Part shown: piece by piece, positions 21,947 through 35,039 of the stretch
How positions within the stretch are numbered: position 1 is the stretch's first letter
How the letters are laid out: each line of letters begins with the position of its first letter
NCBI RefSeq assembly: GCF_964194025.1
Contig: NC_134481.1
Coordinates: forward strand, 40,796,001-40,860,000
DNA from: Convolutriloba macropyga
Lineage: Eukaryota
Direction of reading: 5' to 3'
DNA: 64,000 bases
The notes under the pieces: generated by a model
The model's input: the letters and a program-made list of their open reading frames with translations, nothing else
Databases searched by the model: none
Told to the model about the DNA's origin: nothing
Translations under genes and position numbers: made by a program

Positions 21947-24788
21947 ATGACTGATAATTCTGATCTTGAACCTGAAGAAGGCACTGCATGTCTCAGGGAT
22001 ATTTTCTCGAATGTGATTGGCGTCAATGGAGTTCCTACTCACGTGTTATCGATTGGCTGTACCCTGTCTCAACTACAGATTGCGTCTTCTCAGGAGTTTC
22101 AGAAAGTTATCCTTGTGGTTCCTGGAAATCCAGGATGCATTGACTTTTATCGACCCTTCATCAGGTCTCTCTATGACCAATCTCAAGGTTGGAGTGGAAG
22201 AAAAATCTGATTAGTTTTTTTTTCATTTTCAGACCCCGACCTCAACGGCCTGCATTGCTTGCGATTCCCATAAGTGTTCAAAATAAGTAAAGATAGTTTC
22301 TTGAGTTAATAATACAATGGGGTCATAAAAAAATCCTGATTTCCCTACCCCCTTCCCCGGATATGGAACATAACACTGTTATGCTTCACCCCCCCCCCCC
22401 CGTTTTGGAATATGGTCCCATGTCATAGTAAATCGTTGGGGTTACCAATGTCAACGTGCAGCGGGGTTACAAATAATATGCACCTGCGGTCTTTCTTGGT
22501 TTTGAGGTGGGGGGGGGGCTAGTTTTGAAAAAAATATATATTTAATGTTAGCTGTTGAGATCTATGTACTAGCTGTTTAATCCGGGCTCTAGAACCAAAA
22601 GTCAAACAAATACAAATCATTGTCAGCTATTCTCTACGACAATCTGTTTGTTGAGTATATCGGGGGGAAGTTTACTGTCAAAGGCGGTTATTTCCGATAA
22701 ATTGAACCAGAAATTTTTGCTGACGTCTTATCATACTAATATTCCACGTTTTAAATATTAATATTTCTAATAATGTTACTGATGGTATTTTTCAAACAGT
22801 AACCAAAATCGCTATTCTTTAGAAATAATATTGGGCTCAGTTTCTATATATCAGCAGCGCTATGATAATTATGCACCAGAAAATTACTTCCTTTCTGAAA
22901 CAAAAAATAAGATTTAACTGTTTTTTGCAGGAATTCCAGTAATCGGAATCAGCCACGCATTCCACCAGCACGAAACCCTGGCAAATAATTGGAAATCCAG
23001 ACTATTCCAGAAAGATGTGTTCAATCTTCAGCAACAAGTTCAGCACAAAATAGACTTCATCAATCTCTTCTTTGGAGAGAAATTGGAGGTCATTCTAGTC
23101 GGACACTCAATTGGGGGCTATGTCTGTTTGAAACTGCTCCAGTATTTTGATTCGGAACCAGAAAGGAGGAGAGAATTAGGAATATTATCCAATGATGTTT
23201 GCATTGCCGATGAACAGATTTTACATGCAAGGAACATGTTTCTAAATTTGCTTTTACATATGCAATGATAGTTGAAATAATTAGACTCAGAAAGATTCTA
23301 AAATCGGGATTGTGTGTGTGTGGTAAAAATAGTAACTTAATAGCAGCTATTAAGTTACTGTATGATAAAAGAAGAGACAAAAAGAAAAAATATTTCGTCA
23401 ATTATCTCGTAATTAATTGGCCGTCGAACGAAATTTTCGCTTGACCGTTGTCTTCTAGAACATTCTTTCGCTTTCACTTCTCGAGTGACTTTTTCACGCT
23501 TGACGTTTTGATTTTTTTGAGTGATTTGAATTATTGGCAGAAATTTAGTCTGATGCTAAAATAAAACCGATTGTGAGTGGATGAAGTTCATAGAGCGTTT
23601 AGCGTAGTGGTTAGTGTTCAGGACTCTTATGGAAAAATCGCGGGTTCGAGCCCCTCCCTAGTCAGACGTTTCTGCTCCCTGAAAGTTTCTCTAACATATG
23701 TCCCCCTACTAAATTTTATGCCTCGCGAGTCGTTCGGGAGCAATTTGTCCGACTTTAGTCGGTTTGTTTATTTTTGAAAAGAAACAAGTTCCCTGTACAG
23801 GCGCTCTATAACCCGCGGATATTTGATGATGCCCACGTTTGAACGAATGAAAGTGTCGCCTAGAGGTCAAAAGACAATTTGGATGATACAACATTTTCGA
23901 TATTTGGTGCTGTTTCTTCACTTCCTATTCACAACTCTCGTACCTCAGTCACTCTTCTCGACTGTGATTGGCTGGATCAAATCTGAATCTGAGAGTAGAT
24001 TCATAAGACTCGGTTTGGACTCGCTTTATCGCACACGGTGTCTCTGCAACGTTCTCTTCATGGCAAATGACGAACTGAAAACTGTGAAGGATTTGGATCC
24101 TCAGCTGATCAGAGGTGACCAAATGCTCAATTTTCAATCGGCGTTTAAAAATTAAATTTTTGAATTCACCATATAAGTTAAAAGTATATCAAGGGAATCG
24201 TGAAGTTTAGGTTTAGTTATTTGCTCCTAAAAAGTTCCTAAAAGGAGCTCTCAGGTATGCTGCCTCTTTCTGCTGTTTGGTACAATTTGCTGTACGTACA
24301 AATTGAATAATTGCAAACTCTAAACATTATGTACAGACTATTTTCAGAAAAAAAGCCTTCTGAATTTGTACTTTCACATACTTGGCTAACAAAGTACCCT
24401 TAGGTCACTCTGATTCAGCACTGAATCGTAGATTTACTATTGGAATATACTGATTCAGTACTGAATGTCTATGACACTCGGGCCCGGGACCGGGAATTAA
24501 ATTCCTAAATAAATTAGAACGTCATTGTCAACTCTTGCACAGTCTAAAATCGATGACAAGGTTTTTTTTTCGATTGCAGACTCTATAAAGAAGACTACTT
24601 TCTACTACACACCTGGAGATGGCTGGGCTCCCGCTCATTACGGCGAACAACTGAAAGAGAGAATGGGATATGAGGGCGTGAATGTGATCATAGGATGTGA
24701 GGGTTTTTCCCACCAGTTCTTGGAGAAGGACTCGGAGAGGGCTGCCGAATTGATTGTTAATTGGTGCAGGAAAGATAATGTATTGTGA
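21947..24788 (+). CDS. LDAH: Lipid droplet-associated serine hydrolase (alpha/beta hydrolase), 4 exons, ~343 aa
   Basis: Exons 21947-22187, 22931-23179, 23782-24114, 24580-24788. Intron 2 boundaries are uncertain (see findings). Motifs: VPGNPGCIDFY, GISHA, FNLQQQVQHKIDFI, nucleophile elbow VGHSIGGY, MPTFERM..SP.G, FMANDEL, FYY...DGWAP, catalytic His in SHQF. Confidence 0.9.
23415..23768 (+). mobile_element. Family A-type Helentron-like element in LDAH intron 2
   Basis: Degenerate 5' AATTGG..TCGAACGAA. 3' TCGTTCGGGAGCAATT, then CCGACT-tt-AGTCGG hairpin. Confidence 0.55.
23593..23662 (+). pseudogene. tRNA-derived fragment or SINE head (Pol III box A and box B)
   Basis: TAGCGTAGTGG (23600-23610) and GGTTCGAGCCC (23643-23653) at tRNA-like spacing. 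There is no intact acceptor or anticodon stem. Confidence 0.5.
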
Positions 24789-24985
24789 TCGACTGTAAAA
24801 ATCGATGAACAAAATTGTGGGGTAAAATTTCTGGAACCGACGATCAATCACGAATGTGCTGGTGTTCAGCTCCTTTAGGCGCTAAAGACGACATAGCTGA
24901 ACGAACCGAAACTGTTCTGCGCTTGAATTGTTGATAAATCGAAGATTTTTTGATTTCTATAGGTTTTTAACCGGAAATACTAATT

Positions 24986-27007
24986 AATAGCCGCGTGCTC
25001 AATTCCAGGCGCTATGCTTTTTTTTAAGATGTGTTCACACATTTTCAATGACTTTGATCTTTCAAAACGGGATAAACAGGTAAAGCCCAGCGGGCATTAA
25101 GTTTCATTAGAGGTTCAAAGTGGATGTTAGTAGTCCTTCAAGTGATTAGAGTGGTGCAGCTGCTGGGAGGACCTCTATTTAAGGTTAAAAGGTCATTTTT
25201 AGGAATTTTTGGGCTCAAAATGGTGCAATTTTTCATGTTTTTTTGTGAATTTTTTTAGTTTTTTGTTTGATTAGTCTTAATTTGAAATTTTTAAAAGTGG
25301 ATGAAGAACTTTTGGGAGACAGAATTACTCGTTGTGACCGTTTTATGAGCTATGTGTTTTGATTTTATAAACACAAACACGCAAAATGATACTAATTTTT
25401 GCAATTCTTTTCTAGTTTTTTTGAACATTTTTGTCATTTTTTGAATTTATCCAGCTTCAGCAGCCAGGGAATCTCCTATAAGTTTTGATAATAGGGCATT
25501 GTATAGTTTTTAGTAACAATGGATTGGTTTTCAACATTTAAATGTCTCGAATTTCAGCATTTTTTTTTGTTAAAATCTGCATTTTTTTTAAAGTTTTTCT
25601 AAATTTTTTGTCAATTTTTGAGATTTGTCCATTCTCAGGTGCCAGAAAACTTATTCCACGGTCTGAAAAAAAGTTATTGCATGGTTGTCAATTTCAGTGG
25701 ATCCGTTTTCAACAACTTAACCTTTCGAATTTTAAAATTTTTCTGATAAAATTTTCTATTTTTTTAAGTTTTTTCAAAATATTTGTTTTTTTTATTTCCA
25801 TAAAGAATTTTTCAGGCCTAAATAGCTAGATAACATCATACAGGGTTTGGTAGTATGTTATTAAATAGTTGCTAGGGGGCAATTGAATGGTTTTCAATAT
25901 TTCGAAAGAATTTGAAATTTTTATAAAAAATTATTTCCTATCGATCTTTGAACCTATTGAAATTGGGTTACTGGATAGCCTCTAGAGACACAGAAATGAT
26001 TTTTTTGATTTTAATATTACAATTTTCAGCATCATTTCTTTAAAATTGATTTCATTTTTTTAAAAAAATTTTGGTCATTTTCGAGCTAATCGAACTTCAA
26101 GGGCAAATGAATTTTTTTCAGGTCTTGAAGATATAATACTGCAGCAATTTCTAAAATCAAAAACTGGTTTTGAACATTTTTTGAAATAGTTATATTTAAG
26201 GGGGATCAAATTTTGCCTTATGGGTAATAGCTTCAAAGTTTTATCAATGATTATATTTTTGTTTTGTTTCTCAGTTTTTTGAGATAATTTTTTTTGTGTT
26301 TTTGCCGGCATTGTTCAATTGATCTGCGGATCAAGTAGAGTACTTCTAAGTTTTTCATTCAATTCTTGGAATTGTATTTCAGGACTTGTCCTGCTATGTT
26401 TTTTTACTTCGTCTAACAGATTTTTATTTCGTCTTACCCTGACATCTTGGAATTGACTTTTTCAAAGACTTACCTCACTGAAAAAATGACTTCTGATCTC
26501 ACTTATGGAACTTTAAGTTTTATGAACATTTACTTGTTAAAAGGTCAATAGTGTGCATCTATGTAGTGCCAAACATATATGCCCTAATTCTTGATTTTTA
26601 GAGTCTTGAGTTTTTGATTTCAAATATTAATTTTGGGATCTTCTCCGTTTGTGCCCCCAGTACGTTATGCGCCCCCCAGTTACAGAACACGTGCCATTTC
26701 ATAGTAAGTCATTATGTAAAAATTATTGCACGTGCATCTGAGGGGTGCAAATAATATGCGCCCACTAAGCTGAGGGGGCACAAACGGAAAAGATCCTAAT
26801 TTTGAAAAGCTCTATTAGGGCTTTCTCCTGAGAGCTTATGTGTCTCATAAAAATGACAGTCCAAAGCTAACCCAAAAAGTCTAGTGCTAGTGGTCTATTA
26901 AAGGACTTGTGGTCGATCTGTCTATCTAATCTCTTTAGTTGTTTCAATTCATGGAAGGCCCCAAGCGTCTATCGCGGCTATTTTCCGGCAATCTGCGGGC
27001 TATGTTT
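24986..27007 (+). mobile_element. Family B composite Helentron-like element containing a family C 3' end and a MITE
   Basis: AATAGCCGCG (24986) / CGCGGCTATT (26973), then a hairpin and CTATGTTT. Internal sub-repeats are shared with family A long elements. Confidence 0.6.
26636..26796. mobile_element. GGATC-ended MITE with perfect 8-bp TSD
   Basis: TIRs GGATCTTCTCCGTTTGTGCCCCC / GGGGGCACAAACGGAAAAGATCC. TAATTTTG lies on both sides (26628-26635, 26797-26804). Confidence 0.9.
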
Positions 27008-28703
27008 ATCTACAGAAGTCCTAGTGGTGTGTTAGTCAGAATTCAAAAATTTTGAGAATTAATCAGATTTGTAAATAATTATTGATTTTTGGGGTTTTAG
27101 TGCATTTTTTTCGCGTGCGGTCATTTGAGTTCCGTTTTCGATTTCTTCTCCTTACTTTCTGGTAAAGTGTTCCGGTAAAGGTAGATTTCCGACAAAGGAA
27201 GATGTATGTGTCTCAATAGTGCATTGATGCTAATGTCTGAAATGGAATGTGAGCAACTACTGGTTTTTGACCTAAATTTGTTTCATTAAAAAATTTCGTG
27301 GTGGCCGTCTTTTTGTTCTTTCTGTTACTGAGTCTCAAAATTGACACGGTCTCATTGAAGTAATCAAGAGCTTCAAATAAACCTTTAATTTTTCAGTTCA
27401 TGGCATTGATTACTTAGAATTTTTTTGTAAAAATTTGTTGATTTTCTGAACTTTGACGATTATAGTTTTTTGTTTAGTTTTTGTGTACTTAGAATGATTA
27501 GTGACAAATCCTATTGTATTTTTGAGAGGATAAGTTAATTTTTTGACGCTGTTCCCTTGGATGGTAATGGATTTTAGAATTTTGTTAGAAAACTTTAAAA
27601 TTTTTGAAACAATTTTGCCCCTCCTTCTTTGTTTTTTTGTTGAGTTATTCTCAATTGTTTAGACCACTTTTTTGTCGATTTCACGTTTTTCTCAAAATAA
27701 TGTTACTAATAAAACGTCGTAGCTGATTCGTACTGAAACACGTGGATTTATTTAGTTCTTTTGGTTCTCCTATTGGTTTTTTAATTTCTATTTCAATTAT
27801 TTTAGTCTTTGTCTCATTTATAACAATTGTGATTAACTTATGATGAAGAATCATTCAATTTAGTTCGTAATTCTAATTTATTGCTTACTTCGTAACAGAA
27901 AGACCGTTTGTTTCTGAGTCTCAATTTTCTTTAATTTCTGTTATTCACTTGCATTGATGTTAGTCTGGTTACTTTCTCCTCGTGTTTCATATGCATTGAT
28001 GTTTTTTTTCCTAAGAATAATTGGTAGGAAATTGTTGATGATGATTTCAACATATTGTTTTTCAAAAATTGTTTTCAAATTTATTTTCAAAAACATTGAT
28101 TTCGCTGAGTCGCTTTTTAATTGTAGTTCTTTTCACTTGTCTGGATTTTAGATAACGCGTATTTTGAAGAAATAGGTTGATTTTTGGAGATTGTATTTTA
28201 CAATTTGCTGGAGGTTGTCATTGACAAATTTTGGCACCAAAAATTTTAGAATTTGAAGTTCTGCTTTCTCATCTTTTTTTGCATATTTGGGTTTTATATG
28301 ATTTGATAAACAATTTTTTAGATGATCAATCATTTGATGAGATTTAGAGGCGAGCATGATTGTTCTCGTGATTGTCTATTTGGGAACTCTAATTTGTGAT
28401 TTGATTTTCTCATCTCAATTTATTCTAAATTAGTGCAATATTTCTCTTTAGTATTTAGATTAAAAACGGGATAGAGGTTGGTTTCTGGATGTTATTGTTT
28501 GTTCGATGAAATTTAATTGCTTACTTGATAAAAAATTTCTACCTGAGAAAATTTCTTTGAGATGATTTCATGTCTGTTGTTTGTTCCCGCTTTTTTTGTG
28601 AATTGATTATGTAGGATCCCTGATACTAATGTTATTAGACTTTTTTACATACAATTCTTTCCTTTTTATGATTATATTTAGTTATAATTTAAAAAATGTT
28701 CAT

Positions 28704-29523
28704 TTTATTGAACGTTTCGTATGGTGTCAAAGAAGTTCAGTTTCCCTCTTAAGCCTTAGGACCTCTGTGATGCATTTTTTTTAATTTTAAAAATTTATAA
28801 TCCCATCTGTTGCATTGGTAGCTATTTTGTATAAAATTAAAAGATTTTTTTACGCTTGTCAATCTAATTTTGCAACTTTTGTCATCATTAGCAAGATAAT
28901 GTTTATAGCGTTTTCGGATTAAAATCATTTTTTAACTGATCTTTATATGAGTAGCAAAATCAAAAATTTTTATTGACCTGGAATCATGTTTTTACCTTGT
29001 ATGAAATCAACGAAAGTTAAATGATGAATGACCCGGGTAAATTGTTGACAATTTCAACATTTCGTGTTTTCAAAATTGAAGGCATTTAGTTTCAAAAACA
29101 TTGACTTCTTTGAGTCGTCCTTTTAGGCGATAACGCGTGTTTTGAAGAAATAGGTTGTCTTCAGTTTATTGAAGGTTTCGTATGGTGTCGAAGAAGTTTT
29201 GTTCCCTTCTTAAGCCTGATGACCTTTTATATTCCTTTTTCTCTAAAAAAAATCTGTATACCCATCTGTTACATTGTTAGCTTTTTTGTATGAGCCTTCT
29301 ACATCACCTGCGAGATTAAAAGAATTTTTTTCTACTCTTGTCCATCAAATTGACAACTTTTTGTCATCAATAGGAAGATAATGATTAGTCTTTTTGGATT
29401 CAAATCATTTTTTAAACTGATCCTTATATGAGGAGCTAGAAATCAGAAATCTTTTTTGACCTGGAAGCGTACGTTTTACGTTGTATGAAATCAACGAAAG
29501 TTATATGATATGTGGCCCGGGTA
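28704..29523. repeat. Diverged direct repeat (28704-29039 vs 29165-29523)
   Basis: Shared blocks GTTTCGTATGGTGTC.AAGAAGTT, CCCATCTGTT.CATTG, TTGTATGAAATCAACGAAAGTTA. Also 28150-28179 resembles 29129-29157. Confidence 0.8.
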
Positions 29524-30007
29524 TTTTCTAACAACGAAGACTTTGGTTTTCCACCGTGAATTATTTTTATACAGAATGCACTTGCGTGATTGATACGAGG
29601 TTCTGTTTTACTTTATCTCTAATATGTTGATGTATATCATGTTCGTGGTTTATTTACCAAAATATATTTAAGAATATTTTTTATTTTTAATATGTCGGTT
29701 TTGGCGATTCGTTGTTTTGATCTAGTTGGTGATCTAGTTATAAGGTTAATATAGTTAGCTATTTGAATTTAAACACAGTTGACTCTCTCTGTATAGTTTT
29801 GAGCTGTAGAAATTCTCCCCTTTTCCAATTGGGTTTCTGGAACACCTTAAAATTTCTTTGGAACCTACTTTAACGTATGTTGCTCAACAGTGTATTTGTT
29901 GGCGTCTGAGATTATTGATAAATTTCACTGCAAGTGTTGCTTTTGTTATAATGGGTTAGTTTGGTTAGTTGTCGTTCTGTGCGGTTTGAACTGAAAGAAG
30001 CGTAAAA

Positions 30008-33000
30008 ATGGACGAGCCGTTTTTGGGATCCTTCGAGGAACCCATTGGTCAGTTGAACCCGTTCAGTTGCAGTAACTGTCAAGAAATCAGTGCTCCCCAA
30101 TTTCTCTTCAAATGTGAAGAATGCACCGACGATTTAGTTGATAGCGACAATGGTCTGTTCGAGTACCATTGCGAAACGTGTATACTTGTTCATACTATGA
30201 AGGGTCACAAAATTACGAACGGCGACGGTCAGGAACCGACAATTTGCGACAAACATAACCACATTCATTCTGAGTATTGCAAAACGTGTGATACGGCTTT
30301 GTGTTCGAAATGTCTTCGGAACCATAGCATGCATGAGTTCGAATCTCTGGACCAACGAGCTCTGGACATGAGATCCAAAATTGAGCAGTTCTTGCGCACT
30401 TTGGAAAAGCACGAGCCGAAATCGAGAGAAATGAGAGACACAGCTGTAATTATAATGAGAAATCATAAAGTCAAAGTTAATGTCCTGATCGATTACGTAG
30501 AGCACAAAATTGAACAGCTTAAAGAAAAAATAGTTTCGGAGATAAATGAGCGATTTGAGGAATTTCGAAAAGCCGAGCTGAAAATTATCGACTGGTATGA
30601 AGCGAATATAAAACTACAAGATGATTTCAAAGCGCTTTTGAGCGAATCGGATGTCCAAGTTGTGAAAAGTCTTCCGAAGCTGAGAATTGATTTTGATGAC
30701 CTTATTGAAAATCAGGACGAATTGAGCAGGTTGAAGTTGAACCCGGAGAAGTTTGCGGGTGTTGGTTGTCTTGACAATTTGGTCACACGGTACGAGCACG
30801 AGGCTATAACATTGCTGTGTCTGCCTAACGTCTTTGTTGAGATGTCCGGAAGTGAAAACGGGGATGATAGAGGCGCAGAGAGTTCATTCCTAGGAATCTG
30901 TTTCCATATCTCTGCAAATTTTTTCATATTTCTTTAAGTAAGCGTACAAAGTAATGTTCTGTCACAAATTGAAAAGCTCGTGTTTAGTCAGTAATAATGA
31001 GTAAGTGAAGTTTGTTTTTGCTTTCTGAATTTGAATACCGTTGTGTGTATATGGGCATTTTTAAACAGGTCTCAGGATCTCGTAATTTGTCCTCGTATTA
31101 GCGAAATAAATTTTTTCTTTCTTTCTTTCTAAAATGTTTCCTTTTTTAAGCATTTATGCTCTAGCCAAATGCGTGTTTAAACAAACATTTGTAAGTTTTG
31201 GTATTTCCATTGAAATTATTTGTGTTTTTGAAACTTTTGTGAACTAAACAATACGTCTTCGAAAAAAGAGCAATTTAAACATATTTTTAAGCTTGTATAC
31301 TAGCGTAATGCGTGTTTCGACAATGATAATGTTTGGTAATGTAAGCTATCAAAAATTGAGTCTAGCTAGCCTTTACAGTCAATAAATTGGTAGATTTGTT
31401 TAAAAACGTCAGTTTTTACCTCGTAAAGGAAACAGTTTTTTCGCAGTTGGAAGTGACCTCAGCAGGTGTTTCCAGATTACCCATTCCAGACGTGGAATTT
31501 GCATTCAAGAAGGAAAAATTGACGAATCCGGACATCTGGAACGTTTGAATCCCGAGCTGGTTGAAAAGTACGAAAGCTTCGAAATTGTTGAGTCAGTTTA
31601 TCTTCTGTCCTACAATAGACTTCGAATTCTGCTCCTGATGAAAAACAAAACAGCGCAGTTGTTTGATGTTGACTCGAAATTGATGACTCCAGTTGACTAT
31701 CCCTTCGTGGACACGTTCCTCTGGCCTTTCGTCCACTGTGACCAGTCCCTGAACTGGTCTTATTGGGACGAAGAAAGCAAGGTCATCACTGAACTGATGT
31801 TTCATATGTCTCAGTTGTGGATAGGCAGTTTCACACTACTACTAATATACCTATTTTTATTTTGGCACAAATGCAATCTAGGGTACCAGTTAAAAACGGC
31901 AATAATCGCCGGTATCCCGCCAAAATTACCTGTGAATTGCAGCTCTGTGCGACAGCTACAACAACAACTACTGATATTTCATTGCGGCCTCATTGCTCAT
32001 TGATAAGCTGTTTTTTGACATTCTTGATTTTTTTTATTTGCTATTTTTGCTTCTACATTGGTTATTTGAGGGTTATGCGTTGTATGCTTAGAAGCGATTT
32101 TCTTGATTTTAACGTGGATCTACTTTAAGTTTTCCTATTTTGCTTCTGTGTTATTTTAGTTTTTATTAATTTTGGTCAGTTTTCTCAAAAATCGTTTGTT
32201 TTTTAATTGTGTGGTTTGACACAATTATCTTATAGTGAAAATCTTTATTGGTTTTTTCATCATTTACAATCGAAATGAAGATCTAGTGTCTTTAAAATTG
32301 GGCATTCAAGGCTGATAATTCATCGAAAGAAACTTTTGATGATTTTGAATTATCTCGATTGACATTTTTTGATTTTGCTTTTTGAGTCTTTATGTAGCCC
32401 TTTTCTGTCCATTACAGTCCCCTCGGGTTATAGTATCTTTGAGATAAAAAAAAGGGATCACTATAAGTTTCCACTTAATTTTCTGACAATGAAGAAAGAG
32501 TACGATTCACATTTTATCCTGGATTTCCTTTGCTCTTTTGCAGATACTGCTTGTTTTGCGACCCGTAGAGGAGTTATGATATTCTACAGGTTTTTCTACA
32601 TAAATAGGAGTATTGGTTTTCTCCAGCTTTTTTTAAAAGATGAAGCAAGTTTGTTCTTGGCTGGAGCGCTGACTTCTTTATTTTCAAACATTGCCTGACT
32701 TCAGTTTATGAACGTTAAGTTCTGTTTTTGAACGTTGAGTTAAAGATAGCTTAGTATTTATTATATATTTGTTAGAAACGTTTGGTATAATACAAGGTCG
32801 ATAGGTCATTTTGAGAACTTTCTTCCCATAACAGTCACTCCTCTCCATTCAAACTACCCCCCCCCCCCCCTCTCTCTCTCCTCACCTACTTCTACCTACA
32901 ATCTCACCACACTCGCACCCCGGTTACCTACCTACTCGCGGCTATCTTCCCACCTACGCGCAGACCCCGCCCAACCCCCTCCCCCATTCCCGCCCACCAA

Positions 33001-34184
33001 CAATCCTAAATTAAAAATAGTGCTTGCGTTCTACAACTTTTTCATTGTTTCATTAAACTGTATTTTTCTTATTTCTCATTTTTCTTCCTTATTTCTGATT
33101 TAGGTGAGGTTTGTTTAGATATTATTTTTGAACCACTCTCTGGCTCGTTTTCAGTTTTTCTGGTGGTTCTGTTCATATTTGAACGGTAGTTTGCATTTTG
33201 TTCGCTTCTAAGTCATTCTACTGGCAATTGTCCAAATCCGATTAATGGCGTTTCACTTCTCGTTTTTTTTTTCCTGTGAATTTTGGGTTCACTTGAAATT
33301 GTTGTTTTCAAATTATTGGTGTGATGAAAATTTTATGTTTATATTTTAGTATGATCATTAAATATTCTTAACATTGAATACTTTATTCATGCAAACTGAA
33401 AACTCTGTGATCTCATTGTTTGTCTTTTTCATCTGTAAGTTTAAAATTTTGTTAATTGAATTCCTATTATCTAACTTGCAAATAAATGTTACATATGGTG
33501 GACAAATAAGTTCTTTCAGAAATGCAGCTTCCGTTTTTCCCCATTTCTATATTTTAGCCCAACCCCGTTATATTGTCACATCGCCCTAGCGTCGGCTAAT
33601 AATGTCAATATCCTTTTCCTTTGAAACTGTAATTTTGCTATTTTTCCTTGAAAATATAAATTTATGTAAACATCACTTCACTGAAGGTGATTCGGTTTAC
33701 ACACTCACACATGCTCAGAGTTCCCTGTTACGATAAACCCTTAATCAATATGAGTTGCACCTCCTGGTCCTGTTTGTGCTTCTTTGAACCCCAATCTTGC
33801 TCCATATTCAAAGTCGACACCCACGAAACCAAATTCGAAATGATTCCAGTTTCCTTCCACGGGGTCCGGTCCATGGACGCGTCATCGTGCTACGGCCCGG
33901 ACGTTCTCATTTTATGGACTGTTAGCAATAAAACGGTTACAGTTTTGCTTAAAAAAGTAGACCTCTGGAGTGTCGACAAAAAGATATCATGGTACGAGAA
34001 CGCTAACTCCATTTATGTGGCTATTACTGGAGCTAATTGTAGCCTCCGGTTAGTGCCAGCAGTCGCTAATGAGAGTATGAAGGAACCGGAACAAACAGAA
34101 GATGAAACTGAAGGCGAAATAACAGACGCTGAAGTTGCGGTAGCGGAGGAAAAGTTTCAGTTTGCTTTCCTTATTGGGTGGTAG
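30008..34184 (+). CDS. Tandem B-box zinc finger / coiled-coil (TRIM-like, no RING) protein with an uncharacterised beta-rich C-terminus, 3 exons, ~572 aa
   Basis: Exons 30008-30893 (donor uncertain), 31447-31781, 33687-34184 (1719 nt, in frame). B-box1-like CSNC..CEEC..CETC..H...H; B-box2 CDKH..YCKTC..LCSKC..H..H; a heptad-rich coiled coil follows. Confidence 0.8.
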
Positions 34185-34337
34185 AGGTTTGAGGGTCTCA
34201 AAAGATAGGTGTGGTGGTTCTTGTCTTTCGTAGAGTTTATTAATGGCTTTAAGTAATTTATTTTAGTTAGCTTTTTAGAGTTTATTAGCACAATGGCCCT
34301 TGCAAATAGGGTTTGGGCATTAATTGCATCAAATTTT

Positions 34338-34491
34338 GGATCTGTTCTGTTTTGCCCCCCCCCCCCAGCTTAGTAATCTTTTATGACCCCCAGGTGCACG
34401 TACTATTTTTTTACATAGTAACGTGCTATGTAACAACATATAATTTGTAACTGGGGGTCATAAAAACACTAGGGGGGGACAGAGTAGATCC
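34338..34491. mobile_element. GGATC-ended MITE, related subfamily
   Basis: GGATCTG..GCCCCC / GGGGG..AGATCC, flanked by AAATTTT on both sides. The body is shared with 59985-60145. Confidence 0.75.
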
Positions 34492-35039
34492 AAATTTTTA
34501 AACGATAGGCAGCCTTAAGGACAAGCTATACTCTACACATATTTTGAATAGATTAAAACAAAATCTGTTCAGATTTTTTCAGTTTATTATCTTTCAGGTA
34601 GTTTGTAGCCCAGATGAGTAGCCCGGCCTCGTTAATTTGATAAACAAATTTTACAATATATTTTTCTTGACTTTTTGCTGCTTTTTAAATGACTTTTTAA
34701 GAACTTGGAAGTCAGTGGTACCTGAAGAAATATAAAAAAAGTTTTGCCTTTTGTCAACTGATGGCTGGTCTTATATTTGTGGCAGAATGTTACACGAGTT
34801 GGGACAAGAAATTGGGAAAAATAAATTCGAACGTTTGTTGATGTGAACCGGCAGTGAGAGAATAACTTATTTATATAGAAAATAACTTGTATTATTATTA
34901 ACTAAAACATGTTTAACAAGGTTAATTACCAAGTTAATTATCTTCAACGGTTATTTCTCTGGAAATTTTTCAAATTATGATGAGGTTATGCGACTGCTAA
35001 ACATAGAAAACAAATTGAGGTACAAGTGGTACAATTTTA

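Noticed and set aside
27100-28700. Possible decayed LINE on the - strand (NETNL-like peptide)
   Set aside because: Only one weak motif and no sustained frame, so it cannot be supported by eye.
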